A DNA stretch of 64,000 nucleotides from Felis catus (GCF_018350175.1 NC_058369.1:39556001-39620000), one strand, 5' to 3'. Positions 11,331 through 23,795 are shown, numbered from the stretch's first letter. A program made the numbers and translations. The notes: a model not told the origin generated them from the sequence alone.

Positions 11331-12036
11331 GCAAGGCCTCAGAGTAGGTGTGATAGTGGTGATATATATGTGCAGACAAAGCCAAGGCCACCCTGCAGAG
11401 ATTCTAGGGACCCAGCATGGAGTAGGCATTGCCTACGTGACTCCTGGACTTGAAGGGGCCACGAGGAGAAAACCAGGGATATCTTTATGGGAACTTGTGA
11501 TGAACAGATGCCCTGAAACTAGGCAGACACGTCCCTCAGTACTGTGACACTAGAAAGTCTAGAACTTAGATACAACACTGGAGGGAGAGGAAGTGCCAAA
11601 CTGATGGCGAATGAGTTGGGATGGGGTTCAAAATACAAATCGATAAGGGAGAAATGAAAATAAGGAAAGATATTCCTGGTGTGCCGGAAATTCACACCTA
11701 AGTTGTACGATAGGTGAACCAAGGTGCGTGAGAGCATGCTGGCCAGCCAGGATTGTCCAGGGAGACGCCAGGGAGGGCAGCCCAGGCCCAGAGGACCACC
11801 CATGCAGTGACACTATGGGGCAGTGACTTGTGGACCACAAGGAAATCAGTGTGCAGGAACTAGGAGGATGTGGAACAGTGGAGGTGACAGTCCAGAGAGG
11901 CATGCCCAGTCTTGACACAGCTTACAAACCCTGCATGATGGCTGGAGTTTATGTTGAAGATAAAGGTAGGCTATGCACACATTGTGATCAAGGAAGTTGT
12001 AGGATTAATACCAAGTTTTTCAAATCTCTTTGGGAG

Positions 12037-12269
12037 GGGGCCACTTGGGTGGCTCAGGGAGTTAAGTGTCCGACTTCGGCTCAGGTCATCATCTTGTGGT
12101 TCATGAGTTCAAGCCTCGTGTTGGGCTCTGTGCTGACAGCTCAGACCCTGGAGCCTGCTTTGGATTCTATGTCCCCCCCTCCCCGGCCCCTCCCCTGCTT
12201 GGCTCTGTCTCTCTCTCTCTCTCCCTCAAAAATAAATACACATTAAAAAAATTTTTTTTTCTTAAAATA
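12037..12269 (+). mobile_element. CAN-SINE
   Basis: TSD AAATCTCTTTGGGAG at 12022-12036 and 12270-12284. Confidence 0.93.
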
Positions 12270-12427
12270 AAATCTCTTTGGGAGCAATATAGATGGTGGT
12301 GGCTTGGGTCAAAATGAGAAAGGGCTCAGAAGAACAGTAAAAGTGGCAAAGAGTTGAAAAGAACAAGGAGGGGATTAATGGAAAGAAAGAAAGAAACAGA
12401 TTTTCAGCAGTAGAATCTTCTGGACTT

Positions 12428-13911
12428 TTTTTTTTTTAAAGAACAATAAAGATTTATTTTCCAATATGTTTTTATTTGGACCTCCCCACCCCCACCCCTG
12501 CCAACTGAATTCACTCCCCACCATTAGTCCAAAGGGAGGGTTCTCTCCACCAGGCATCACAGCACATCACAATACTAGCCTCCTCAGCTCAGAGGAAATA
12601 GTGTTTGCCTGTGGCTCAACAATCTTTGTCCTAACCTGGCCCCAGCCTCAGGTGCACAAGCACATGCCTTTGGTCACCTGAGACTTTTAAGTAGCACCAG
12701 CTGGTACTCTAGCTGATTTGGACCTTAAATGCCACTACCCACCAGAGAAGAGGCTCCGACTCGATTCCAAGCCTGTTCTTTAAATTATTTTTCAAAAATA
12801 TTTTTTAAAAAGCAACTTAGTAGAAAACAAGGCCATCCTAGGAATGTTGTCAAAGTCTCTAGTCGGCTTTTGACTGATATATGAAGTTACAGATAATAAA
12901 GAAGACCTCCCCCACCAGGTGTAAGACTAAACAAGCAGCTTCTGGGCCCCAGTCTCCAGTGTTCAGAAAGACACATTGGCTTAAAGACAGAGACTAGAGA
13001 CACTGTAGCCCCCGGGGCCTCTGTAAATGATGCCTCCCAGTCACCGGTGAACAGACACATGGTGTCAGGCATTTGTCCTTGGGCCCTCCCTTATCCTGAG
13101 ATTCACAAGAAAGATCTCTGTGAGGGGAACAGCCCATACTTCTGTGGGAGGATGGATGTAATACTTTCCAGGGCACAGCCTGGATGAATGATGCCAAACT
13201 TTCCAAGTACAGACAAGTCAACCACAGTTGAGCCCAAGCAGTACTCAGGGCTCTGGCCATCCCCAATTGGTCCCCCATCAATGACCGGCAACGATTGAGG
13301 CCAGAGGTACAGGAATTCCTTGACATTTGGAGAACTGGCCTAAGAGTCAAGGTTGGTACTGGTGAGAGCAAGTGTTGCTCAAACACCTAGGCCAAATCCT
13401 GCATGAAGCCATGATAGGAGTCCAGGTGCCTACAAGAGGAGTAAAGGGGTTCAGGTCCTTACTGACCTCTTGGGAGCTTTCCAACACCAGGGTCACTGGT
13501 TCTGATAATAAGTCTTTCAGGAGCACCTTGGATATGCTCAACATGGCAGTCCCTGTAGACATCGGCCACATGGCCCAGATAGACAGGCGGCAGCTTGGCC
13601 TTGCTGCAGCCCTTGAGGGGGTACACAGTGCCCTGTGCCACTGAGCAACTTGCCGAGAAGGCCAGGCCCTATGGCGTGTGGGTGGGGACCACCACCATGG
13701 TGGGCGCCTGTGCGCAGCTCAGCCACGGACGCCCAAAACACCTTGGTCCAGCGGGCAAGGCCACACTCCCGGAGAGCCACAGCAGCCAGGCCCTTGGCAC
13801 TGGCAGAGTGGGGCTCAGAATGCAGAGGAGCTAGCTGCTGTGGACAAAGCCCCCGCCCCCATCCCTCATTCAACCCGGTGCTGGCAGCCACCACGGCTCT
13901 CAGCGCCTGCA
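12428..13911 (-). pseudogene. YRDC: Processed pseudogene (retrocopy) of YRDC, threonylcarbamoyl-AMP synthase; slightly 5'-truncated, frameshifted, with 3'UTR and poly(A)
   Basis: Minus-strand frames give YRDC-like peptides in order with no introns: LRAVVAASTGLNEG...WTKVFWASVAELRTGA; VYPLKGCSKAKLPPVYLGHVADVYR; LLKDLLSEPVTLVLESSQEVSKDLNPFTPLVG; VIDGGPIGDGQSPEYCLGSTVVDLSVLGKFGIIHPGCALESITSILPQKYGLFPSQRSFL* (stop at 13103-13105). There are several frameshifts and an in-frame TAG at 13387-13389. Minus-strand AATAAA at 12453-12458 and 12471-12476; poly(A) is the T-run 12426-12437; TSD AATCT(T/C)CTGGACTT at 12414-12427 and 13912-13925. Confidence 0.95.
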
Positions 13912-14095
13912 AATCTCCTGGACTTAACTCATGATTAGATTTTAGGGGTGAGGCAGAGGGAGGAGTCAAGGATGATGGCCAGGTTTCTGATGTGGGTCAA
14001 TGAGTCAGTCATGGTGATATTAACAGGGCTAGAGTTACAGGAGGGGAGGCTGGTTGGAAGAAGATATTGAGTTGAGTTGTAGATGTAGTGAATTT
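13912..14095 (-). mobile_element. L2 fragment (continues on the other side of the YRDC retrocopy at ~12290-12427)
   Basis: ggacttaactcatgattagattttaggggtgaggcagagggaggagtcaaggatgatggccaggtttctg resembles antisense L2. Confidence 0.7.
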
Positions 14096-14099
14096 GACG

Positions 14100-14600
14100 T
14101 ATCATTTAGGATGCTCTTGGCTGCAAGTAACAACAAAACAAAACAAAACAAAATAAAAACCCACGCAAACAATAAGGGACTATATTGTTTAACATAGTTG
14201 GAAGCCCCTTTCCCGATAAGATTCAATCAGCTGGTCATTAAGGACCCAGGCTCTACTCCTGTTGGATTTCACCTATCCCTCATGGTTGCAGTTGGTTTTC
14301 CTGACTCTGACTGACTCCAAGGCACAGCAGTATCGAGAAGGAGAAAAGAAGCCATCATTCATGTACCTGTTTGAGAGAAAACTTTTCCTAGACATTCCCA
14401 GCAATCTGCCCTGTCTGGGTCACATGCCCACTCCTTAAGCAATCACGGGCTTCAGCCAATCGTCTGGAAAGGATTGGCAGCTGAGGAGTCGTCCAACACC
14501 ACGACCAACAGCCCTACAAGGTGACCGTGGCATATGCAAATGGGGTTAGCTTGGAAACAGTCGGAAACAAGGAACAAAGGACAGATTTGGGGTGAAGGCA
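14100..14600. mobile_element. Old MaLR LTR (MLT1-type)
   Basis: ttaggatgctcttggctgcaagtaac...; gggtcacatgcccactccttaagcaatcac; contains (AAAAC)n at ~14131-14155. Confidence 0.6.
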
Positions 14601-14729
14601 CCATAGAGGTGCTATGAGGAAAGCTGTCCCCTGCGGAGACAGGGGCAGAGAGAAGAACAGGGGCCAAACACACAACTCCAGAGAACACCTCTATCTAAGG
14701 GGTATCCGAGGAAGAAAAACTGCATTGTA

Positions 14730-14940
14730 ATGGTTGACAACTTGACTCTGGATTCAGACAGACCTAGGTGGGAATTCCATTCCTGCTGCTTATAAGCCAT
14801 TGACCTACAGGGGGGTCAGTGAAGATCCCTGCATTACGCAGAGCCTTACCTTCCTTGTCTGAAAAAGGGAACCCATAAGTCCCACCTCCCAGGGCTGCTG
14901 TGAAGCGTCGATAAGAAAATGCACACAAAGCCTCCGCACG
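14730..14940 (+). mobile_element. MIR
   Basis: gactctggattcagacagacctagg...cccacctcccagggctgctgtgaag. Confidence 0.65.
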
Positions 14941-14999
14941 ACCTCAGCCCACGGCAGCTGCTCCTAGCCACTGGTGAAAAAGAACAGCCTAGAGAGTAT

Positions 15000-15230
15000 C
15001 TGAAAAGTGAAGGGGGAAGCTGGTGAATAACCAGGATGAGATGGAGTCATTGAAGGCACGGGGTGAGAGGATTTCAAGGAGGAAAGAGTGGGCAATTATG
15101 TCATCTGCTGAAGAGAGGTCAGGTCAGAAGTGGACTGAAAACTGCCCTTTGGATTTAGCAATTAGAAGGTCACTGGTACCCTTGACAAGAGCACTCTCAG
15201 TGGAGTGCTGGGGTTGGGAGCCAGGAAGCA
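15000..15230 (-). mobile_element. L2 fragment
   Basis: atttcaaggaggaaagagtgg...ttggatttagcaattagaaggtcactggtacccttgacaagagca. Confidence 0.75.
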
Positions 15231-17291
15231 GGGGGTCAGCAGTGAAGACCAGAATTCAAGTCGCCTGGCTACCAACCGACAGCAGCATGCTTTGCACGAT
15301 GCCAGGAGCCGCTTGGTGTTGAAAACTCCCGTTTTCAGTCATGCCTCAAAAATACTCATTCGGAGAGCAGTAAACAGTAGGATTCCACAATCTGTGAACG
15401 AAACGGCCCCTGTTCATCATTTTTAATTTTTTTGTGTGTGGATAAAGCGAAGGTGGTTGTTTCCTTTCATTAGAAATATGTTGCATCCTTTTCGAGGATT
15501 TGTGTTTACATTACCATTTTATTGCTATATGGTTCTTTTTTATATAACATATTTTGGAACCATAAAAACAAACAAACACAACAAACAAAACCCAAACAAC
15601 ATATGTGCTTTGCATTAAATTCAGAAAGTTCAAACCCCTCACTCTGTGCACGTTTTCGAGGCAAAGTGTGGGACTAGGAAAACCCTTCAAGAAACACGCA
15701 ATTTGACAAATCCTCCTTTAAGAAATGATAGCAGTTGCTTTTGAGACCAATTTGGTCACACGGATCCTGTTTGTCAGGGCTGTCATTAAAAGCCTAATAT
15801 TTTTCCCATTGCAGAATGTCTCCCAGTGACTCAAACGTGGGCAGAGGCTAAGCACGGTCAATTTCGTGACCTCCCTCGTGCTACCCACTCCCCCGCCCCC
15901 CTCACCCCGCCCTGGCTATCTCAACTCCCCAGTGGATGATGTCTTATCCCTAGCAACAACTGGAGCTGCTACTGTTTCTCGACTCTGGCGAGGAAAGTGG
16001 GCTTAGGGCCAAGTCTACAGGCCAGGGCTCCCCGTGGAAGATGCTAGAAGAGCACTCCACATTCTCTCACCATCAGTGACCCAAGTTCCTCACCTCTGCC
16101 GAACATCTGGATTGCAACACACAGAGTTCAAAGGTCCAGCATGTGTGTCTGCACCTGGCCTCGCTGTTGAAACAGAGCTGACCTCAAACCAAACACGCGG
16201 CCTCTCTGCTGTTATTTATGCGGAGGGTCGGATGCCAGATATAAATATTAACTTCGGCATCTTCTCCCCACAGGACTTTGTGATTAAAGGATGCATGTAA
16301 ACCATCTACCGGGCAGAAAAAGCAGCTCTACTCTTCTCGGCGTATTGAACCCTTCTCAAAAGAAAGCTGATCCCCTTTCCTACCGTTGTGAATGTGTGTT
16401 GGTTTACTTTAATAATAGCACGGCTCCTTCCCGCCATGGGGCTCCCCGTAGCCTCTTGCGTTTGAAGCCATCAGGTGGTGGGCCTGCTGCAGACATGGTG
16501 CATCCCGTCCCCAGGAGAGGCTTGCGAGCGAGCACCATATGTTATTAAGACCTCCCAGAACAGGTTGCCATCGTTGGGAGCACAGTCAAGGAAGAGAGAG
16601 GCAAGAAGTGGCCGTGTAGCAGACGTGGGTCCTCGGTGCCCGGCAGCTCTGAGCCATCCCCCCCTCTATGAAGTCGGCTAAGGAAGATAGATGAGTATGT
16701 GGGGGGGCAGGTGTGGCTGACAGCAGCCAGGGGTAGAACAGGTGTAGTAGTTTAAGGAAAACGTAGATCATGAGATTCCCGGGCACAGGAATGGACCTAG
16801 TTTTTCTGTTTCTAGAAAGAGACTGGAAGATACAGAGAGCATGATTTAATTTCCACCAACATGTGTTAGCAAATTATGATACCCAGTGTAGTAATGCTGG
16901 GGGACAAGGGCACGCACAAAATACTACGGAGTTAAGAGGGGAAAACATCCTCTCCACTTGACAGGGAAACTAATAAAATTTTCACAGAGAAAGAAGCATT
17001 TGAATGAATGACTGAGTCATTCCTTCATTCAACAAATGCTTATTGAGCCCCATCATGTGCCAGCACCATCCTGGGGGCTACACAGGTGACAGGCAAGGTC
17101 ACTCCCATCTGCGAGCCCACTCTTTCGTGAAGCTAGACTGCATGCCTACTGGGTGCCCAGCCCTGGGAGACGCCCTCTTGGAGATTAACATTCTGTTGAA
17201 ACAGATGAGTCACTTCAAAATTGTGCCATGGGTGTTATGCTCAGAGCAGGACAGGAAGCCATGGGATGACAAGAAGGGGACTGGGTTAGTC

Positions 17292-17516
17292 CAATGGTTT
17301 GCAACCCGGGGCAGGGGCAATTCTGTCCCCCAGGGAAAATGTCACAGTGTCTGGACACATTTGTGGTTGTGGAAACTGGGGGAGGCAGGTGCCGCTGGCG
17401 TCTAGCAGGGAGAGGCCAGCCATGCTGCCAGACACCCTACGATGTCCAGGGCAACCTCCACAGCAGACGATGAACCAACCCGAAATGTCAACAGGGCCAA
17501 GGTTGAGGAACTCTGG
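17292..17516 (+). mobile_element. MER20 (hAT-Charlie DNA transposon)
   Basis: ggggcaattctgtcccccaggg...gtgtctggacacatttgtggttgt...aaatgtcaacagggccaaggttgaggaactctg. Confidence 0.85.
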
Positions 17517-17559
17517 CCTAGTACTAGACTCAGGGAACGATTTGGGGAAGTGCAGTTTG

Positions 17560-18620
17560 AGTTGAGAACTAGCGGGTGCTAGAAGTTCAGAATGCCTGGC
17601 ATAGGAGTCCAGCATGGAATCAGAGGACATCGTGAAGAGAAAGAGAAGTCCCCAGGAGCTCCAGCTGAGAATGCAGGGAAGGTGGAGGGGATACAAAACA
17701 CAAAATCCGGTCTGTTTCCAGAGGGACTAGAAGGTCTTCTGTGCCATGTTATGAAGTGCAGACTTTATCTGGAGGGCATGATGGCTAATACAACCTGCCC
17801 CCCACCTCCTCCCCCATGCATCTACTCCGTTGGAAAATTTTAAATCCCGTGACACAATTCTGTTGGTTTTTAGAAAATCCCTTCTAACAGCAATGCAGGT
17901 GATTGTGGGGGAGGGGGGGGGGAGATTGGAGGCACGTGAGAGACTTTTGCAATACAGAAGTGACGGCTGGAGGCCATGGCAGGGAACACGGGGGGAAGCT
18001 GCAACAGACTCCTGAGAATAGAGGAATTTTTATACCTGATGATTGATTGGGTGTTGCAAAAGAAGGAATTCCTTAGAATGACTGAGGTTTCTAGCTGAGG
18101 GCCAGTGTGAGTGGTGAGGTGTGTGACGAGAAGTCATTTGTAGGGGACAGAGTTCAGTTTACAGATACGGTGTTGATGGTCCCGTGGGGACATCCAAGCG
18201 GACACATCCTGTTCACAGACAGAAAAGCAGATCTGTGTTGGGGAAAGACATGCCCTGGAGACATGGACGTGGGGGTCACAAAGGCCCACCGGTGGTAACC
18301 AAAGTCTTGAACGTGGAGAAGGCACCTCCTGGTGCTGGTGAGAGACGAGAAGCCACCAGGGCGGAATGCCGGGGTTCATACAGAGTCGAGGGGCAGAAAG
18401 AGAAGGAACCACAGAAGGCGGACCAGAGACATGGAAAGAGTAGTGACACACACCAAGAGAGGGACTCACTTTAAGAATAAGAAAGTGGTCAAGCTGTCTA
18501 ATGCAGCAGAAGTTAAGCAGGATGTGAAATTAGATGGAGCTATTCAACATGTCAATCAAGAGGTCATTGGTGACCTTTTCAAGAGCAGTTTCACTACAAT
18601 GGGGGGTGAGGAATTTATTT
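17560..18620 (-). mobile_element. Fragmented L2
   Basis: ttttagaaaatcccttctaacagcaatg; gattgattgggtgttg...gaggtttctagctgag; gaggtcattggtgacctt. Confidence 0.6.
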
Positions 18621-18759
18621 AAAAACACTTGATTACTCAAATCAAGAGGAAGAAAATGGGAACCGAATGTCTTTATATCTGGGCAGAATTTGAATAGCGG
18701 TCATTCTGCCGGCTTGGCAAACAGAAAAGGAGTAGAACAGTTAGGCAGAAAACCGGATT

Positions 18760-19240
18760 AACAATAGGCCCAATCATAAAAACAGTTATTGTATACCAAA
18801 AAGACGTTTAGAGGCGAACAGCCTCAGAGTCAACTTGGCAGCTTAGTGATGTCTTTAAGAATCTAGACTCCTTCTATTTTTCTGCCCTGTCATTCTCATG
18901 CTCGTTACCACGTGGTCACAAAATGGCAGCTGCAGGCTCCAAGCATTGCATCCCCACGTGACAGTACCTAAAGCAAGAAGGAAGATGCCAGGGACCAAAC
19001 TGAGGCTCACCTCACACTCCCCTCTCCTTCTGTTGGGAGACTTTCCCTTATATCTTATCACATGCCTCCTCTTAGACCAATTAAGATAGAGGTAAATGGG
19101 ACGACCAGAAGTAGCTCGCACGAATCATCGTTCTTCCCCTGGGGCTAGGCACATGGCTGCTTGAACAGAATTGGTGTTCTGTTTCACAAGGAAGAAGGGG
19201 GACTGGCAGTTGGGGTGACAACCTGTCGTGTCGGCCATAG
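18760..19240. mobile_element. Old MaLR LTR (MLT1-type)
   Basis: tggtcacaaaatggcagctgcaggctccaagcattgcatcc...attggtgttctgtttcacaaggaagaagggg. Confidence 0.6.
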
Positions 19241-19383
19241 GAAACTATCCTTTCACAGGGTGAGGGGAGCCCATCAGAGACCTTACAGCATCCGACAAGC
19301 CCTTGGGATGCTTCGAAAAGAATGACTAGCTGTTACAGTTAATATTCAGAGCTGAGATGTTATTATAATATCCACTACACCTA

Positions 19384-19575
19384 GGGGCGCCTGCGTGACT
19401 CCGTTGATTAAGGGTCTGACTCTTGATTTTGGCTCATGTCATGATGTCACGATTCGTGAGTTCGAGCCCCACATTGGGCTCTGAGCTGACAGTGTGGAAC
19501 CTGCTTGGGATTCTTTCTCTCCCTCTTTCTCTGTTCCTCCCCCACTTGTGCTCTCTCTCTCTCAAAATAAATAAA
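19384..19575 (+). mobile_element. CAN-SINE
   Basis: ggggcgcctg...gagttcgagccc...ctctcaaaataaataaac. Confidence 0.9.
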
Positions 19576-19795
19576 CTTATCCACCACATATTCACTACCA
19601 ACCCTAGGCAGAAGGCTGATTGTTTCACGGATCGTATACGCTCAGCAACATCAAGATGTAGGTAATAATTGGATGATGATGCTGGCAATGAAGTACGCTT
19701 ATTGAGGGCTTACTATGTGCCAGGCACTTTATATTCATTACCTTAATCTTCAAAGCACAAGTGAGATGGATAGATGCTATTCATATGTCCATTTT

Positions 19796-20001
19796 CTTTT
19801 TAAATTATTTTTACATTTATTAATTTTTGAGAGACAGAGAGACAGAGCATGAGTAGGAGAGGGGCAGAAAGAGAGGTAGACACAGAACCCGCATCAGGCT
19901 CCAGGCTCTGAGCGGCCAGCAGTGAGCCCGATGCGAGGCTCGAACTCATGAACTATGAGATCATGACCTGAGCCGAAGTCAGACGTTTAACCAAATGAGC
20001 C
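19796..20001 (-). mobile_element. CAN-SINE, slightly 5'-truncated, inserted in a MIR (~19690-20140)
   Basis: The SINE ends at ...aaccaaatgagcc without the ggggcgcctgggt head; the MIR resumes at atttcatagaggtgaaaactgaggca. Confidence 0.88.
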
Positions 20002-20629
20002 ATTTCATAGAGGTGAAAACTGAGGCATGTAGAGTTTCAATAACTTGCCCGGTGTCCCTCAGCTAGTAGCAGCCGACCCAGGACCACCCCATCCCAAAGT
20101 CAGTGCACGCGCTGATGACACTCTACTACCGCCTTTGATAAAAAGAAGCCACTGGGAAGTTTTGTTACACCTGGGAGTGGAAGCAATTGTATGTGAGGAT
20201 GGAAAAATGTGCTGTGATGAGCTTTCTCTCCTTTACCAGTGTCCTGAGTTTCCAGCCTTTCATTTTCCCACACAACTTTGCAACAAAAGCACATCCAGCA
20301 GACAGCCCATTCCCTTCCAGCTTCGCCCCCTCGTTAACAAGCTCACTGATCTTACACTGCTCCTCCGGAAACTGAAGACTGAGGTGGGTAGGCGTGCTCA
20401 CGGGCTAAGACTAGGTGCACATCATGGTAACCAGAACTTCTTCCTGGTGGGCGCAGTGTTGTGGATGAGATTTGGGGAGGAGGATTAAAATCTGAGGTCA
20501 TTCATATGGAATAAAAGGGGACCTCCAATCAAAAAAGGACAGAAACTCTTCTGTGTTCAACAGGGTTTCAGGCAGAATTTGGGTTCACGTCTTGAGATGA
20601 GCAACGAACGGGAGCTGACGTTGCTAACT

Positions 20630-20860
20630 ATGTTCTCTGCTCTGTGCCCAGCCTTCCACGTGCATTATCTCAGGGAACCTCACCAAGAGGTTAGAGAAGC
20701 AACTTTTATTGTCTCTGTTTTATAGATGAGGGAAAGGAGGTTCAGAGCATTAAGCAATTTGCTTAGGGTTCTACAACGAGTGAGTGGCAAAGATGAGATT
20801 GAACCCACCCAGAGCTGTCCCTGCAGACTGATCACGTGTAACCACTATGCTTTACTCCCT
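20630..20860 (-). mobile_element. MIR
   Basis: tgttttatagatgagggaaaggaggttcagag...taaccactatgct. Confidence 0.75.
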
Positions 20861-22392
20861 GCGGACTCCCTAGGTACTGCTGTGAATACACAGCTCCGCG
20901 GAGGAAGGGGTTCTTGGGACTCACCAGCTTTCTGTTTCCTTAAAATCCTGTCTCTGTTCCAAATACATTCCAAAGGGCATAAATTTCAGGATGAGTTCCC
21001 ATACAGAATTTAAACCATGGAAGCATGTTGGGAAGGCATTTTAACAGAACTACAAATAAAAGTAAAGAGGCCCTAAATACTATACAACCCCTTAGCTAGG
21101 CCTATAGTGCCCTAAGGGTGGGGTGAAGGGGCTTTGCGTTTTCTCACACAGTCCTAAGACAAGCGGGCCTTTCTCAGGGTTAACATAGGCACCTGCTCTA
21201 GACTGGGATTTTACGGGGTTGTTTTGCTAAACAGGTTCCAGTTTCTTCCCCCACCACTCCCGCTAAGATCGCTCCCTGGGATTTGGATCAGGGCTGTGTG
21301 TAGAGAGACCAGCTGGGAACTGGCAAGAAGACCCTACCCACCCACTGACAGGTGGAAACGCAGTTCCAGGCACCAATGTCAACCCCTCTCTCCTTCGGAA
21401 ATGATGAACAGAATTTGGATTCCTCTTGCCAGTACATACACCAGAGGTATGATCCAGAAATGGCATTAACACAAGTCATAGTCAAAACTTAAAACTTAAA
21501 GCAGGGGAAATCTGAAGCAATGTTATGCCCATCCAGTGCTCGCATAGGTGCCCTAAGATGTGCCTTAGAACATGGCACGTCTTCTTCTGGGCAGTACAAG
21601 CTGGTGCCAGTGTACAAGATGTAGTGGGCCGAGGGTGGCCTGAATTTGAGCCCTCACTATGCAAAGCACAATAAAAAATGGCAGCACTGACCCAGGTCCT
21701 GTCTCAGCTTCCCAGAATGTTTTCCAGTGTTCAAAAGCAGAAAGCTGGTGGACGCATTCTCACCCAGCTTAAAGGGAGAGAAGGAACCTGAGAACTCTTT
21801 TCTTGTTGAAATACTTAAATCCTGTAGCTCAGCCTGGAAAGACTCAATTAAGAGGAGTTGTTGGAAAACCTCAGAACCATGAAAGGCCCAAGGCCATGTT
21901 CAAAAAGCTTTCAGAAACTGTTAGCATGGAACAATTTCGTTTAGTTCACAAAATTGGCATTGACCCAACACCTCTCCTCTTAGCTTCATCTCTCAGCCTC
22001 CTTCCCAACTCCTCATGGCAGAGGAGGAAGGAAAATAGGAAGCTTCGGAGGGTAGCCTCTAGATTTAGGTTTAGAATTGGCCATGGCACTTTAGAGCTGT
22101 GTGACCCTGAGCAAGTTTCTAAACTTCTCTGAACAATTTTCTCACAGGGTTATCATAGTGGATAAGTAGGTTAGTGATGCATACAGTACTTTGTATTATG
22201 CTTGCCCCTTGGAAACTGAAGAATACATAATAGTTATTATTAACCCAAGCAATGCTGGAAGAAAGAACTCAGGAGGGTTCAGCCCATCTGACACCTCTTT
22301 TTGTTTTCATGCCTCATCCCCACATGGGTTGGGGCCAGCACGGTAGAAGAAGTTCCAGTAGGTACCACTGGAAGTAGGCATGACCAACTTTA

Positions 22393-22395
<3 letters not shown>

Positions 22396-22429
<34 letters not shown>
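22396..22429. repeat. Poly(T) homopolymer (~34 nt)
   Basis: Seen directly. Confidence 0.9.
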
Positions 22430-22431
<2 letters not shown>

Positions 22432-23581
22432 GTATCGAGCATCTATAGATGAGGCACTGGCCTAAGAATGGTGGTGAAGATAAGGATTAAAAAAAAAAAA
22501 TCCTCTGCCCTTAAAGAATGTGCAGATTGGCAGGAAAAGAAGTGATAAAGGGGTATCTGCCATTTTCAGTTCAGGAAAAGCTTTTGGAGGTGCCTGTCAC
22601 TTATTTCCTCCCTGCCCCATTCATCACCTGGGGGGGGCCAGCCCTTCCTTCATGTCTTGTGACACCTGACCCATCCTGGGTACAGCTCATTGCACCAGAG
22701 CTAGTCACGTGACCACACCCGGCGAATCAAATTGTTTTCCTGGGAATTTAAAAAGGAGTGGATTCAAATTCAGACTCAGGGTGAAGTTAATCACGGTGAT
22801 GGGTACAAATAGCAAAAGTGACATAAACTCAGGGCTGCTGGAATTCTCAGCCTTGGGCACACCAGTGGATAAGCAGTGAATAAGCAGGAAAACTGATGTG
22901 AGGCCAGGTAGCTGTAGCCAGACATGAGAGAGAGAAAGAGATGGAAGGGGTAGCCTTTTATGTTCCTAATGGCTTTTCACTTCTGACGAGGCGCCGCTAT
23001 GCTTTCTTCAATGGGGCTTCGTGAGTCTTCCGGTACGCCCCTTTTTACTCAAGCAGTTGATGCCCCCCGGTTCCACAGAAAAGCTCAGTGTGTGGGACCC
23101 ACTGCCTGCAGATAAGAAGCTGCCAAAGCCCGCTCAGATACGATTCTTTTAATCAAAATAACTGCCTCTTGAAAGCCTGATTAAATTAACCACTTGGTTT
23201 TAATCCAAACAACTGTTTGGCAATTGATCCCATTTGAACAGATCCAGGGAAACAGGAGTAGCATCTCCTTTTACTCAGAGCACCATGATGTTATGTGATG
23301 GAACACCACTATGAAGAGTTCCCTGAAAAATGCATACTTCTGGGGAAACAACATTCCAAATTTGTAGATGAGAAAGAAGTGCAATTAACGTTATTTTAGG
23401 CTCTTGTAGGCTTATCTTGTGATTTCTAAGGGGAGGCAACCACCTATTTCCAAGTCTTGGCCTTTTAGACGTGTACTTATTTCCACGGCAGACTTAAGGG
23501 ACACCTTATGCCCACACCACCCATTGTACAGAAGGCAGGGTCAGCTGGTCAACGATCCAAACACAGTGCCCATGCAAAAGA

Positions 23582-23795
23582 TTTTTTTTTTTAATGTTTA
23601 TTTATTTTTGAGAGAAACAGAGACAGAATGCTAGTGGGTTAGGGGCAGAGAAAGAGGGAGACACAGAATCCAAAGCAGGCTCTGGTCTCTGAGCTGTCAG
23701 CGCAGAGCCCGACGCGGGGCTCGAACTCAGAAGCCGTGAGATCGTGACCTGAGCTGAAGTCGGATGCTCAACTGACTGAGCCACCCGGGTGCCTC
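23582..23795 (-). mobile_element. CAN-SINE
   Basis: Full antisense SINE body. Confidence 0.92.

Noticed and set aside
12994-13386. 130-aa minus-strand ORF with a KVLHPS motif reminiscent of SHFL
   Set aside because: It is an off-frame reading of the YRDC retrocopy; the short match is coincidental.
13372-13938. Plus-strand ORFs over the GC-rich pseudogene
   Set aside because: These are antisense shadows of the YRDC retrocopy with no independent coding evidence.
20045-20488. 147-aa ORF
   Set aside because: It starts inside a MIR at a non-ATG codon and shows no recognisable homology.
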